A DNA stretch of 59,500 nt, counting the filler. It is 4 parts of 4 records of this genome, joined end to end, with 100 filler letters (N's around TTAATTAATTAA, not from the genome) between each part and the next. Parts side by side here need not be neighbours in the genome. Positions count along the whole stretch, not along the records: positions 15,483 to 34,126 come from SRR31156797_1142; 3 more parts are not named here. The stretch is one strand, 5' to 3'. The position numbers and the translations under genes were made by a program. How positions within the stretch are numbered: position 1 is the stretch's first letter; every line of letters begins with the position of its first letter. Below are positions 20,279 through 30,725 of this stretch, in pieces. The notes below the pieces were generated by a model. It saw nothing but the letters and a program-made list of their open reading frames with translations, had not been told where the DNA came from and ran no database searches.

Positions 20279-22013
20279 AAGCAGTCTAATATCTCTATTG
20301 CTGCTCTTAGTACTAGTAGGAATATTCGTACAGAATACAATAAAATCATCTTATGAAGATGAAATTAGAAATGAACTTCAGCTAGGTGTTGCTGGATTCG
20401 AAACAATGGTAGATAATCATGGGTTCGATAATGTAGACGCTCTGGCAAAGGAATTTTATGATTACACAAATATCAGAATTACTGTTATAGATTCTGATGG
20501 ACTTGTATTGGCAGACAGTATTAATGATATTACTACTATGGATAATCATCGCTACAGGTCAGAGGTGAAAGAAGCCTTTTTGAATGGAAGCGGTTCATCT
20601 GAGCGGTATTCAAATACTGAAAAAGAAGGATATATGTACTATGCTCAAATAGTCACTGTGAATGATATTGAATATATATTCCGAACTGCAATGCCTGTAC
20701 ATGTAGTAAATAATGTATACAGGAGTTTGTTTCTTGCACTGATTATTTCAGGAGTAGTTTCCGGAGCAGCAGCATTTGTTGTAGCGTATAAGTATAATAA
20801 CAGAGTTATTGAGCCAATAAATGATATAGTTGATGTTGCACTGGACATTGCTGATGGTGATTATGGTAAAGCAGTATATATCAATTCATATGAAGAGGTT
20901 ATTGTACTGTCAAAAGCTCTTAATAAATTGTCAAAAAATTTGCAGAAATCCTTTAGGAAAATAACCACTCGAAATGCTCAATTAGAAGCAATACTTCATA
21001 GCTTCAGCAATGGCATTTTGGTGTGTGATTATGAAGGTTATGTTAAATATACAAATGTAAATTTCCTCAAAATTTTAGATATTAAGGATAATATTGAAAA
21101 ACTAAATATTTATAATTTTTTGTTTGATGAGTATATTTATAGTATTATCAATGAATTAAAGGATTCTGATGATGACAGGCTTGCATCCAGAGATAATATC
21201 AAATTTTCTGATGATACCTACAGAACGTACAGAGGTTCATTGATAAAGGATGAGGAGAATTTGGTTGAAGGTTTTCTGCTGACTGTTGAAGATGTTACAA
21301 ATATCAGAAAGCTGGAGACTATGCGATCAAATTTCGCAACAAATGTTACACACGAATTGAAAACACCTATTACTTGTATTTCTGGTTATACACAGACCTT
21401 GATGAATGGTGCAATTAAGGATGAAAAGAATGCATTAAGATTCCTAGGAATTATTAATGATGAGACTGAGCGTCTTAACTTGTTGATAGATGATATTCTT
21501 ACATTGTCAGAGATTGAGAGTGATGACAGCAGTGAGTTCATGAAGCCAATTAATCTATTACCTATTGGTGAGGATGTTGTAAATCTGATGAAGTTAAAAT
21601 ATCCTGATACTGAAAGTGTAAAGATTCAAATAGCTACTGATGGATTTAATAAGTATACTATAAACGGAGAATCGAATAAGATTAAGCAGATAATGATTAA
21701 TCTGCTGGATAATTCTCTTCGTCATACTAAAGAAGGTCACGTACAGCTATCTCTAGGTAAGGCTGATAATAAAGTAGTAATGAAAGTAATAGATACAGGT
21801 ATTGGTATAGAAAAATCACATCATGACAGAATATTTGAAAGATTTTACAGGGTAGACAAGCATCGTTCAAGGGAAACCGGTGGTACTGGCTTGGGATTAT
21901 CAATTGTTAAGCATCTAACACTGCTGCATAAAGGAGTGATATCGCTAAAGTCAAAACCAGGAGTTGGAACAAGTATAACAATCAAATTCCCTGCTTTGGA
22001 TGATGATATATAA
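20259..22013 (+). CDS. phoR: Sensor histidine kinase (PhoR-like)
   Basis: DNH..R.EV, HAMP/PAS, THELKTP, RFYRVDK..SR..GGTGLGL. Confidence 0.88.
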   Translation: MRKALVRSSLISLLLLLVLVGIFVQNTIKSSYEDEIRNELQLGVAGFETMVDNHGFDNVDALAKEFYDYTNIRITVIDSDGLVLADSINDITTMDNHRYRSEVKEAFLNGSGSSERYSNTEKEGYMYYAQIVTVNDIEYIFRTAMPVHVVNNVYRSLFLALIISGVVSGAAAFVVAYKYNNRVIEPINDIVDVALDIADGDYGKAVYINSYEEVIVLSKALNKLSKNLQKSFRKITTRNAQLEAILHSFSNGILVCDYEGYVKYTNVNFLKILDIKDNIEKLNIYNFLFDEYIYSIINELKDSDDDRLASRDNIKFSDDTYRTYRGSLIKDEENLVEGFLLTVEDVTNIRKLETMRSNFATNVTHELKTPITCISGYTQTLMNGAIKDEKNALRFLGIINDETERLNLLIDDILTLSEIESDDSSEFMKPINLLPIGEDVVNLMKLKYPDTESVKIQIATDGFNKYTINGESNKIKQIMINLLDNSLRHTKEGHVQLSLGKADNKVVMKVIDTGIGIEKSHHDRIFERFYRVDKHRSRETGGTGLGLSIVKHLTLLHKGVISLKSKPGVGTSITIKFPALDDDI

Positions 22014-22053
22014 GTAATGTGATTAGGTTCAAAGGAAAGATAAATATAGTTTT

Positions 22054-22080
22054 AAACAGCAGTCATAAAGCTGCTGTTTT
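22054..22080. terminator. Terminator between convergent genes
   Basis: AAACAGCAG...CTGCTGTTTT. Confidence 0.6.
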
Positions 22081-22120
22081 GTTTATTACATATTTAATTG
22101 TTACTAAGCAATTATTTATA

Positions 22121-22939
22121 TTAAGAGGCGGGGTTAAGGTATCTTGATTTGTCTTCTTCATCATTCCATGTCAGTACAACACCAATAATAAACAACAGCG
22201 CACCTAACCATATTATTATCTGCAGCAGAGCATACATCCATGTTGATAGGAAATATGTATTTGTTAGTGAAAGCCCAATTATCAGATTATACAGCATCAT
22301 ACTGCCATAAATTATAATTTGAGGTATTACCAGTGCCAGCAAAAGCATGAAAAACAACTTCTTAAAATTCGCTAGTGTATACATAAATGACGATTTAACC
22401 ATATCTACAACAGATAAATTAGTATTTAGGAAAATCATAAAAACTGTGCTGTACATCCCAGTGAAAAATACAAATAAAATATAAATAATTCCTTTTACTA
22501 AAATACCTATACCGTAGAGTATAATACCAATTATGGTTATATCAGCAGGAATATTTGAAAATATTGCAATACCAATAATATTAGGTATGAGCATTATAAA
22601 TATTATAATGCCAACTATAAATACTGCTACAAAAATGATAAGCACGTATAGAAGCGTCTTAGGGATACCGAAGCTAAGAGTTTTCATTATATTCACTTCA
22701 TAGTCTGTACCAATATCATCTCTCACAATAAATGCAGTTTTGCTTATTAGTAATATGGCGAATAGTGAGAATATACTGATTAATAATGAATATATACTCA
22801 AAATCAGTAGATTTGAACCAGATGAAGCATCCTTACTTAAAATTGTGTAAAAGACTGACAGTATGATTAGTGGTGAATAGAATAACATAATTATTGGATA
22901 CGAATTAATAAGTTTGTATGCATTCTTCAAATATTTCAT
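22121..22939 (-). CDS. Hypothetical multi-TM membrane protein
   Basis: 272-aa hydrophobic ORF. Confidence 0.65.
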   Translation of the reverse strand: MKYLKNAYKLINSYPIIMLFYSPLIILSVFYTILSKDASSGSNLLILSIYSLLISIFSLFAILLISKTAFIVRDDIGTDYEVNIMKTLSFGIPKTLLYVLIIFVAVFIVGIIIFIMLIPNIIGIAIFSNIPADITIIGIILYGIGILVKGIIYILFVFFTGMYSTVFMIFLNTNLSVVDMVKSSFMYTLANFKKLFFMLLLALVIPQIIIYGSMMLYNLIIGLSLTNTYFLSTWMYALLQIIIWLGALLFIIGVVLTWNDEEDKSRYLNPAS

Positions 22940-23062
22940 ATTTTTTCCTTAGTTTTATCTCTATTGTTGTAAAGTATAACATAAATAAATCTAAAGGTAC
23001 ATACGATAAATGTTCAAAAACAAGCAAAATTCTCGGTAAATCTATTGTCGCTTTGCTTGTAA

Positions 23063-24112
23063 ATGACAGGTATTGATGATAGACTGTATTTATTGTTAGT
23101 AAATAAAAATGATAGGATTATGATAATGGATAGAAACAATTATGCGATTTTTATAGATTTGGAAAATTGCGGAGGTAACGTAGAAACGTTTAAAGATGTA
23201 ATAGATAAGGTCAAAATGCGTGGAGATATTCTGCTGGGCAAAGCCTACGGATATAACGAAAGATATTCAGGATTAAAGCAGTCACTTTTGAGTAATACTT
23301 TTACTGTTGTGCCTTCACTTCGTCATGGATATAATCAAAAGAATAATCAGGATATTCAACTGGTTATTGATGCACTGGAGATTGCATTCAAAAATGATTT
23401 GATAGATTGTTTTTGTATCGTTTCTGGTGATTCAGACTACACACCGCTTGTAGGCAAATTAAAATCAATGGGGAAATATGTACTAGGAATCTCAAGGTCT
23501 GAGGTGGCAAGTAAAATATTTATCAATGCATGTAATGAATTTGTGTTTTTAGAAAATGTTGCAGTTTCCTCAAAGAAATCAAGGAAGAAAAATAAGTCTT
23601 CGGATGAAACGACTTACTCTTCTGAAGAGCTAAATAGTTTGATTGTAAGGATACTAAATGATCAAGGCGGAGATGACAGCACCATATATGCAAGTGAACT
23701 GAAAAAAACATTGAAGAGACTAAAGCCTGATTTTGACGAAAATGAATATGGCTCAACAACATTTGGAAAGCTACTGAAAAATCTAAGCAGTAAATACAAA
23801 ACTATAAAATTAATAGATGATAATAATATTATTATGGTTCAACTATCTCAGGTAGAATCGGCTTCAAAGAAAATTGGAAAAAGTAATTGGAAAAAGATTT
23901 TCACACAAAAACTGATGGAATTCAAGGAAGAGGGCTTCGAGAGAGTTAATCCATCAATTGTAAAAAGTGCAATACAGGCTGATTATCCTGGGTTTGACGA
24001 AAAAGATATAGGGTTTAAAAGGTTTTCCGATATAATGAAGGACCTAGAAAAGGATAAAGTGGTAATGGTTGAATTTGATGATACTCATTCAATGCTGCTA
24101 AAGATAAAATGA
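23063..24112 (+). CDS. NYN (PIN-like) domain protein with two OST-HTH/LOTUS domains; true start probably about 23120-23126
   Basis: FID.EN, KN..DI.L.ID, SGDSDY.PL, and two (P/G)FDE...G...F repeats. Confidence 0.85.
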   Translation: MTGIDDRLYLLLVNKNDRIMIMDRNNYAIFIDLENCGGNVETFKDVIDKVKMRGDILLGKAYGYNERYSGLKQSLLSNTFTVVPSLRHGYNQKNNQDIQLVIDALEIAFKNDLIDCFCIVSGDSDYTPLVGKLKSMGKYVLGISRSEVASKIFINACNEFVFLENVAVSSKKSRKKNKSSDETTYSSEELNSLIVRILNDQGGDDSTIYASELKKTLKRLKPDFDENEYGSTTFGKLLKNLSSKYKTIKLIDDNNIIMVQLSQVESASKKIGKSNWKKIFTQKLMEFKEEGFERVNPSIVKSAIQADYPGFDEKDIGFKRFSDIMKDLEKDKVVMVEFDDTHSMLLKIK

Positions 24113-24134
24113 TATTTAACATAAGGAGAATGGT

Positions 24135-25007
24135 ATGGCTATCATAAAGACAGAAAAGCTCAGTAAATATTATGGAAAAGCAAGAGGCATTATTGATGTA
24201 GATTTGGAAGTGAATGAAGGCGAAATATTCGGATTTATTGGCCCAAATGGTGCTGGAAAGTCAACAACTATCAGATTGCTTTTATCATTGATTTATGCAA
24301 GCGGCGGGTCAGCCACAATCTTCGGTAAAGATATTGTAAAGCATGGTCATGAAATCAGACAAGATATTGGTTATTTACCCTCAGAGGTATTCTATTATGA
24401 TGGTATGAAGGTTAGGGATTTGCTTAATTATTCAGCCAGTTTCTATGGTAAGGACTGCAAAGCTAGGATAAATGAATTAGCTGAAATAATGGAACTGGAT
24501 ACAAGCAGACCAATTGATGATTTATCTTATGGTAATAAGAAAAAGGTTGGTATTGTTCAGGGGTTGCTGCACTCACCAAAATTAATTATTCTTGACGAAC
24601 CAACATCAGGGCTTGACCCATTAATGCAGCAGAAATTCTTTGAGCTGATAAAGCAGGAAAATGAAAATGGTGTAACCATATTCTTCTCATCTCATATATT
24701 GAGTGAAGTACAGAAATTGTGTGACCGAGTTGCAATTATAAAAGAGGGCAGGATTATCCGTGTGGATGATGTTGCAAATATGAATGATTCAAAGTACAAG
24801 AATATTGCTGTTACTGGTATTAATTTGAATGAGAAGATTTTTCAAATTGATGGAGTAAATCAACTAAAAGTGAAAGATAACACAGCTAGCTTTATATATG
24901 GCGGTGATCTGAATAAAATAATTGAGATTATCAATACACAGAACTTACTGGATGTATCTATTTCTGAGCCTACCCTTGAAGAGATATTTATGCACTATTA
25001 TAAATAG
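24135..25007 (+). CDS. ABC transporter ATP-binding protein
   Basis: GPNGAGKST, LDEPTSGLDP. Confidence 0.93.
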   Translation: MAIIKTEKLSKYYGKARGIIDVDLEVNEGEIFGFIGPNGAGKSTTIRLLLSLIYASGGSATIFGKDIVKHGHEIRQDIGYLPSEVFYYDGMKVRDLLNYSASFYGKDCKARINELAEIMELDTSRPIDDLSYGNKKKVGIVQGLLHSPKLIILDEPTSGLDPLMQQKFFELIKQENENGVTIFFSSHILSEVQKLCDRVAIIKEGRIIRVDDVANMNDSKYKNIAVTGINLNEKIFQIDGVNQLKVKDNTASFIYGGDLNKIIEIINTQNLLDVSISEPTLEEIFMHYYK

Positions 25008-25021
25008 GGGAGGGTAAGCAT

Positions 25022-25819
25022 ATGAATGTATATTTACAAGAATTAAAAATCAAGCTGAAATCAGTAATAATCTGGACATTCGCTGTATTGTTTTATTCTC
25101 TGATAATAGTTGGATTTGCCCCTACAATGCTTGACTTAAGCGATGAATTGTCTGAAGTTATTAAGGGGATGGGTGCTTTAGGCGAAATGATGAATATGGA
25201 TATTACGACATTTACATCATTGGCTGGAATAATGAGTATGTATTTTGGAATGCTTATGATTTGCTTTGGAATACAGGCATCTAATTATGGGTTTGGATTA
25301 GTGACTATTGAAGAAAGTGAACTAACAGCTGATTTCTTATTAACAAAGCCTGTTAAGCGGGAAGTACTCTTAACACAGAAGATATTAGCATCTGTGACAG
25401 CATTGCTAATGACATCACTGTTGTTTACTGGAATTACTTATCTAGCAATGATGATATTTACAGGTGATTATCTTGATAACGAGAAGGCAACAATTATGCT
25501 TTTATTATCTAGTGTCTTTTATCAGTTTTTCTTTTTCTTTGTATCGCTGCTTATATCATTGTTCATTAAGAAAATAAAAAGTGTAACACCTTACTCAATG
25601 GCTTTTGCATTTGGTATGTTTATAGTAGGCGGATTTGCCAGATCATTTGAGATAGAAGCACTAAAATATATTAACCCATTTTCATACTTTGACTCTGCAT
25701 ATATAGCAAAAAATGCTTCCTATGATACGAAGTATCTAATAATCAGCGGAAGTATTGTCGCAGTATCAATTGCCTTAAGCTACATACTCTATAAAAAAAG
25801 AGATATATCATCGGTATAG
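25022..25819 (+). CDS. ABC-2 type permease
   Basis: 6 TM, EE...TADFLLTKP, KRDI end. Confidence 0.85.
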   Translation: MNVYLQELKIKLKSVIIWTFAVLFYSLIIVGFAPTMLDLSDELSEVIKGMGALGEMMNMDITTFTSLAGIMSMYFGMLMICFGIQASNYGFGLVTIEESELTADFLLTKPVKREVLLTQKILASVTALLMTSLLFTGITYLAMMIFTGDYLDNEKATIMLLLSSVFYQFFFFFVSLLISLFIKKIKSVTPYSMAFAFGMFIVGGFARSFEIEALKYINPFSYFDSAYIAKNASYDTKYLIISGSIVAVSIALSYILYKKRDISSV

Positions 25820-25827
25820 GAGAGGTT

Positions 25828-26622
25828 ATGAATATTTTTTTACGCGAATTAAAAGCGAATTTAAAGGGATTGTTAATCTGGTCTATTGTAATAATAGCAT
25901 TCTGTGCCATGGCATTTACTGAAGCAAAGGCTTTCATTAATATTGAAACTGTTGATGAGATGATGGCTGCATTTCCTGATGAATTGATGAAAGCCTTCTC
26001 TATGGATTCATTTGATATATCAACTCCCGAAGGTTACTATGGTCTGCTGGCAACATATTTAGCATTAGCATTGACAATATATTCTGTTATGCGGGGTTGT
26101 ACAAGCATTATAAGTGAGGAACGGGACAAGACAGTAGAATTTTCTTTGGTTCTTCCTATAAAAAGACAAAAATTATTAACAGCAAAATTATTAGTAGTAT
26201 TTATATATGGAACAATACTGAATCTGGTAGCAATAGGATGTGGATTTGTATTTGGCATGATAGTAGAAGCCAGCGATATATATTACGATTTTGTATTACT
26301 CTCAGGCTTAGCAATGCTATTTATGCAAATACTCTACTTAGCAGTTGGATTCTGTATTGGATGTTTGTTTAGAAACCATAAGAGAGCTACCTCTCTAGGG
26401 CTGGGAATATTATTAGCAACATACATATTTTCAGTGTTTTCTGAAATGCATGAGAAACTGGAATTTCTTAAGTATTTTACACCATTTAAATTCTTTGATT
26501 TTGTTATGATACTGGAAAAAAGTAAAATTAATATCGCTTATATAATAATTAGTTTAGTATTAGCTATAGTTCTGGTTACTGCAGGCTATTTAGGATATGG
26601 GAAACGAGATATGAGGATATAA
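25828..26622 (+). CDS. ABC-2 type permease
   Basis: Paralog of the preceding permease (EERDKTVEF...P). Confidence 0.85.
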   Translation: MNIFLRELKANLKGLLIWSIVIIAFCAMAFTEAKAFINIETVDEMMAAFPDELMKAFSMDSFDISTPEGYYGLLATYLALALTIYSVMRGCTSIISEERDKTVEFSLVLPIKRQKLLTAKLLVVFIYGTILNLVAIGCGFVFGMIVEASDIYYDFVLLSGLAMLFMQILYLAVGFCIGCLFRNHKRATSLGLGILLATYIFSVFSEMHEKLEFLKYFTPFKFFDFVMILEKSKINIAYIIISLVLAIVLVTAGYLGYGKRDMRI

Positions 26623-26657
26623 AAGTAAAGGAGCAAAATAAATCAGCTCCTTTTTTA

Positions 26658-27767
26658 CTAGTTAAATGATTTAATTACTGAAAATGCTATCAGTCCAAAT
26701 ACTACAATAATCACAACCCAGCTTTGCCATCTTGCCCAGTTGTTAGTCCAGCCAATACCAAAGCGTTTCTCAACAAATATTGCAGGATCATCTGGGTTAA
26801 AGTACAGCGAGCCTAGCTTCCAATACTTATCATCATCACGATTTATTTTCTCGTTTATCTTAGTTTTGCCAGTTTTTATATGACTGCCTGACTGACCAGT
26901 TTTGATTGCTAGAAATAGTGCACCAGCTACAATAATTATGGTGAATACAATTGGTACTATTATAATAATGCTTGGATTAATAGGGTTAAGTATACTATAT
27001 ATAGCAAATGTAAATAATAACAGCATAATAAGTCCCATAATATAAAGGTATTTGGACCAGCACTGCTTCATTTTTTTATTCTGTATAATACTTACTTTGA
27101 GATTTGAAGGGTCATATGTTTCCTTTGCTTTCCCCATTAGAAGATTTATACCAAAAAATATTATTAACATCAGTATTTGAATCATTATAAACTGATGTAC
27201 AACGCTCATATCCTTTGGCACTGTGTTTGTCACATTACCATTTAAATCGTATTGTAATGGTAACATGTCTGGAGCAGTTTTGTACCATGAAAGAGATGCG
27301 AAATATGTACTTACAATTACTAATAGGTATAGTAGATACCACAACGGATTCAAAGAACGTGTTTTGATTGATTTTTTAGTATCGGCTAATGCAATATTTA
27401 TTGCTTCGACTGACCAGTTCATCTTTTCTTTATACTTCTTGGTAAATTGCCAAGATACAATGTATATAATTGCATAAATGGCAATATAACTGAATGTTAA
27501 ACCTGATATCAGCCATACGCTTTTACTTTCATCCATCTTTCCAATAAAAAAAGCAATAATTAGCAGGGCTAGTATACCGAAAGCTGATACTATTAACGAA
27601 TGATTCCTTCGCAATTTTTTCAGATACTCATCGTCCCATCTAGCTGTTGGTATACGAATGCCAAAGCAGATATCTCGTCTAGTTAGATAGGGCATAAAAG
27701 CAAATATCAGTATTAATGGTAATATTGATATACTGCCTGTAAAAATTCCTGTAAAATTTACTTGCAT
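26658..27767 (-). CDS. DUF1648/DUF5808 membrane protein
   Basis: DDKYWKLG..YFNPDDP..FVEKRFGIGWT.N motif. Confidence 0.8.
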   Translation of the reverse strand: MQVNFTGIFTGSISILPLILIFAFMPYLTRRDICFGIRIPTARWDDEYLKKLRRNHSLIVSAFGILALLIIAFFIGKMDESKSVWLISGLTFSYIAIYAIIYIVSWQFTKKYKEKMNWSVEAINIALADTKKSIKTRSLNPLWYLLYLLVIVSTYFASLSWYKTAPDMLPLQYDLNGNVTNTVPKDMSVVHQFIMIQILMLIIFFGINLLMGKAKETYDPSNLKVSIIQNKKMKQCWSKYLYIMGLIMLLLFTFAIYSILNPINPSIIIIVPIVFTIIIVAGALFLAIKTGQSGSHIKTGKTKINEKINRDDDKYWKLGSLYFNPDDPAIFVEKRFGIGWTNNWARWQSWVVIIVVFGLIAFSVIKSFN

Positions 27768-28156
27768 TAGCTCTTTTCCTCCTTTATTTCATTAATACAT
27801 ACATTGATTAAATTTATAATATCATCGTTTGACATATTACGTGCTAAACATTCAGCGATAGCAGGAGCAAGGGAAGACTTAATACTGCTTATACGCTCAT
27901 CTGTTGCCAAGAATCTATCTATAGTATTTATTGTGGCACCTTTGCTTCTGTTGATACTTAAGAAGCCCTTTTGCTTTAGGATGTTATATGATTTGCTTAC
28001 AGTGTGCATGTTAATGCCAAGATCAGATGAAAGCTGTCTTACAGTGGGCAGACTCTCACCTGATTGTAATTCACCTATTGCAATTGCTTCTATTATCGCA
28101 GAACACAACTGCTGATACAGAGGTGTATCTGATTGTAAATCGATTTTAATTATCAT
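27767..28156 (-). CDS. GntR (YtrA subfamily) regulator
   Basis: PLYQQL, LPTVRQL...LGIN..TV.K.Y. Confidence 0.92.
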   Translation of the reverse strand: MIIKIDLQSDTPLYQQLCSAIIEAIAIGELQSGESLPTVRQLSSDLGINMHTVSKSYNILKQKGFLSINRSKGATINTIDRFLATDERISSIKSSLAPAIAECLARNMSNDDIINLINVCINEIKEEKS

Positions 28157-28170
28157 TATTTCACTTCTTA

Positions 28171-29016
28171 CTAGTAGTTAGATTCCAGAGCTTCCTGATC
28201 CTTTTCTACAGGGTGTATTTTGTCACCAAAACGTTTCTTTGACGTCTTGATATAAATCAATGAGCCGATTGCAAATACAGATAGGACTGCTTCTATTATC
28301 CACATATTTACTTCATTAATTGCCAGTATTACTGCAATAGTATCTAGTGCTGTATGAAGGAACAGAACTATTGCTGCAAATTTCATATCCTTTTTACGAA
28401 CAATTCCTTCCATTATAAGAAGTGACATTGCAATGTGAAATGTCAGTGCAATTACTCTCTCAATAATTGCTACCAAGTATAGACTTGGAGGAGAGGATAT
28501 TAATGTCTGTTGTACTGTTTCCAATGCACTAACTGCAGCTGGCTGAATCTCGGCTACTTTGTTGATTGTGTCTTGGAAAGTACCTGCATTAATCTGTATG
28601 GAGTAAATAATATTGTTGACATATGAAAATCCTACAAGCATTATCATTTCTATTCCGCCATGACCGATACCATGGCTGATACCGCTGTAGTATGCCAATC
28701 TGTCTTTTAGTACAAACTTAATCGTAAAGTACCTGCCAACCGTTTCAAAAAGCGCTGCAGTGAAACCTAGAAATAATGCATATAGGATAACAGACTTCTC
28801 AGGAAGTTCAACAAACCACTTCATCTTAGGCATAACGTATTGCAGCAAAGGTATTCTGATTACTACCTGAAAAAGGTAAAAAGACAGTACACCTGCAAAG
28901 AATGCACCGACTACTTTTTTACTTCTACTGCGCACAATGAGCAACAGTATTATAGGAATTGCAAAGCAAAGAAATCCAACTATACCCATTACTAACATAC
29001 TTGTATTTGATACCAT
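28171..29016 (-). CDS. YhfC family intramembrane metalloprotease
   Basis: FET.GR, GIGHGGIE, ER...H, H..D motifs. Confidence 0.85.
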   Translation of the reverse strand: MVSNTSMLVMGIVGFLCFAIPIILLLIVRSRSKKVVGAFFAGVLSFYLFQVVIRIPLLQYVMPKMKWFVELPEKSVILYALFLGFTAALFETVGRYFTIKFVLKDRLAYYSGISHGIGHGGIEMIMLVGFSYVNNIIYSIQINAGTFQDTINKVAEIQPAAVSALETVQQTLISSPPSLYLVAIIERVIALTFHIAMSLLIMEGIVRKKDMKFAAIVLFLHTALDTIAVILAINEVNMWIIEAVLSVFAIGSLIYIKTSKKRFGDKIHPVEKDQEALESNY

Positions 29017-29025
29017 TTTTGGCCC

Positions 29026-29343
29026 CTAATCTTCGTATACTACTGCTGTACCATACGCTACGAATTCAGACGCTCCCTGCATTACTGTAGCTGACTCAAA
29101 TCTCATAGAAATAATTGCATTAGCGCCTAGATTCTCTGCTTCTTTGACCATTCTGGTTATTGATATCTTACGTGATTCGTCCATCATTTCAGTGTACTCA
29201 GCTATTTCGCCGCCTACCAAAGTCTTTAGTCCAGCCATTATATCCTTGCCAATGTGCTTTGCACGTACTGTTGAGCCCTTTACATATCCAATGACTTTAA
29301 CTATTTTCTTACCAGGGATATCGTTTGTTGTTAAAATAAGCAT
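29026..29343 (-). CDS. YbjQ/UPF0145 family protein
   Basis: G+D..AGLK..VGGE..EY, GANAI, AYGTAV. Confidence 0.92.
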   Translation of the reverse strand: MLILTTNDIPGKKIVKVIGYVKGSTVRAKHIGKDIMAGLKTLVGGEIAEYTEMMDESRKISITRMVKEAENLGANAIISMRFESATVMQGASEFVAYGTAVVYED

Positions 29344-29360
29344 AATAAAACTCCTTACTG

Positions 29361-29391
29361 ATATTTGTTATACTTGAACTATAACAAATAT
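29361..29391. promoter_or_regulatory. Inverted-repeat operator, probably for the YtrA-type GntR
   Basis: ATATTTGTTATA-N7-TATAACAAATAT directly upstream of the operon containing the GntR gene. Confidence 0.7.
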
Positions 29392-29462
29392 AATACAAGA
29401 AATCAATAAGGAAGTCTGAAAAATACATAGTTTTGATTCAAAACTACAAGATTTGAGCTGAA

Positions 29463-30662
29463 CTAAAACTTATCCTGTATATGTGTAATACGTAATTTAA
29501 ATAATGATTCTAGTGCTTTAGAATTATTAGTTACTGTAATTTTATTTAAGGCAATAAGAGTATCAATATCTCTATAGCCAGTTATAAGCTGAGTCAGAGC
29601 TTTGATTGAGCATTCTATATCGAAATTCTTACAGTCAGAGATATAAACACTACCATTAGAATTTATAACGAAAGTATTATTGTTGGCACTTATAATATTA
29701 TCATTAACTTTTATCGAAATATCAGTTTGTAAATTTTGATTATTGATTAATCCCAATGCATCTTTCGCATTAATTATCCGAGCCATCCCTCCTGCTTCAT
29801 ATGAAATACTTGCATCATGAGGTTCATCTAATATATCTAGGATTTTCATATCAGCAGGTATATTTACTTTTATTGATTTTACATAGGGCAGCTGCCTGGA
29901 CATAAAGCCTAGAATATTAAGTAATGATTCGAAATTAGTATATGCTATATCTAATATGTTAATATTTACATCTATTATGCTTAATTTATTATACTGATAT
30001 TTTATATAAGAGCATGGATTACTCTTTTCATCATAATAGACATATGTTTTGATATCACTTTTATGAGCATCATCATTATAGAGTCTTTTCCATCTGGAAT
30101 ATCCTCTTTGTATCATCAGATTATACTTATAAGCATATTTGTCATAAATAGATATAATATCATCCAGTCTATCGTTAACTGAATTTGGTATATGCTGATG
30201 TATTGTATTTTTCCTATCATACTTTAATAATTGTTCAGTTGGAATATTATAGAAGATAAAATCGTGAGAACAGCCATATCCATATTTACGATAGAAAGGA
30301 TGGCTGAATGGATATAAATATGATAATACATAGTCAGATGAATACATTTCATTCATTACATTTTTGAATAAATAAGATATATTTCCTTGTTTTCTGTATT
30401 CGGGGTAGGACGCAACTGAACCAATACCGTCGCATTTTACAGGTTTACTGTCAATATACATTTTAAATTCTAATAATCTTAAACCTGATACCATTGTTTC
30501 ATCTTCATTAAACACACCACGAATTTCATCAATATTGTAATTATCTTCTTTTATTCGTTTCTCTGAATTGTCTATAGTCAGGTAGTATGCGGATGCACAC
30601 AGTTTGGCAAATTCTATTGCTTCCTCATTTGTTATATTTCTATATATTATATTGCACCTCAT
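29463..30662 (-). CDS. Eis-like GNAT acetyltransferase
   Basis: VASYPEYRKQG, LYPF...FYRKYGY, C-terminal SCP2-like region. Confidence 0.85.
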   Translation of the reverse strand: MRCNIIYRNITNEEAIEFAKLCASAYYLTIDNSEKRIKEDNYNIDEIRGVFNEDETMVSGLRLLEFKMYIDSKPVKCDGIGSVASYPEYRKQGNISYLFKNVMNEMYSSDYVLSYLYPFSHPFYRKYGYGCSHDFIFYNIPTEQLLKYDRKNTIHQHIPNSVNDRLDDIISIYDKYAYKYNLMIQRGYSRWKRLYNDDAHKSDIKTYVYYDEKSNPCSYIKYQYNKLSIIDVNINILDIAYTNFESLLNILGFMSRQLPYVKSIKVNIPADMKILDILDEPHDASISYEAGGMARIINAKDALGLINNQNLQTDISIKVNDNIISANNNTFVINSNGSVYISDCKNFDIECSIKALTQLITGYRDIDTLIALNKITVTNNSKALESLFKLRITHIQDKF

Positions 30663-30678
30663 CCTATTCTAAATAAAA

Positions 30679-30703
30679 AAGCACAAAGCTATGCTTTGTG
30701 CTT
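30679..30703 (-). terminator. Terminator after rpoD
   Basis: AAGCACAAAGC-TAT-GCTTTGTGCTT flanked by A runs. Confidence 0.7.
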
Positions 30704-30725
30704 AAAAAGTTTCAAAATCATAACT

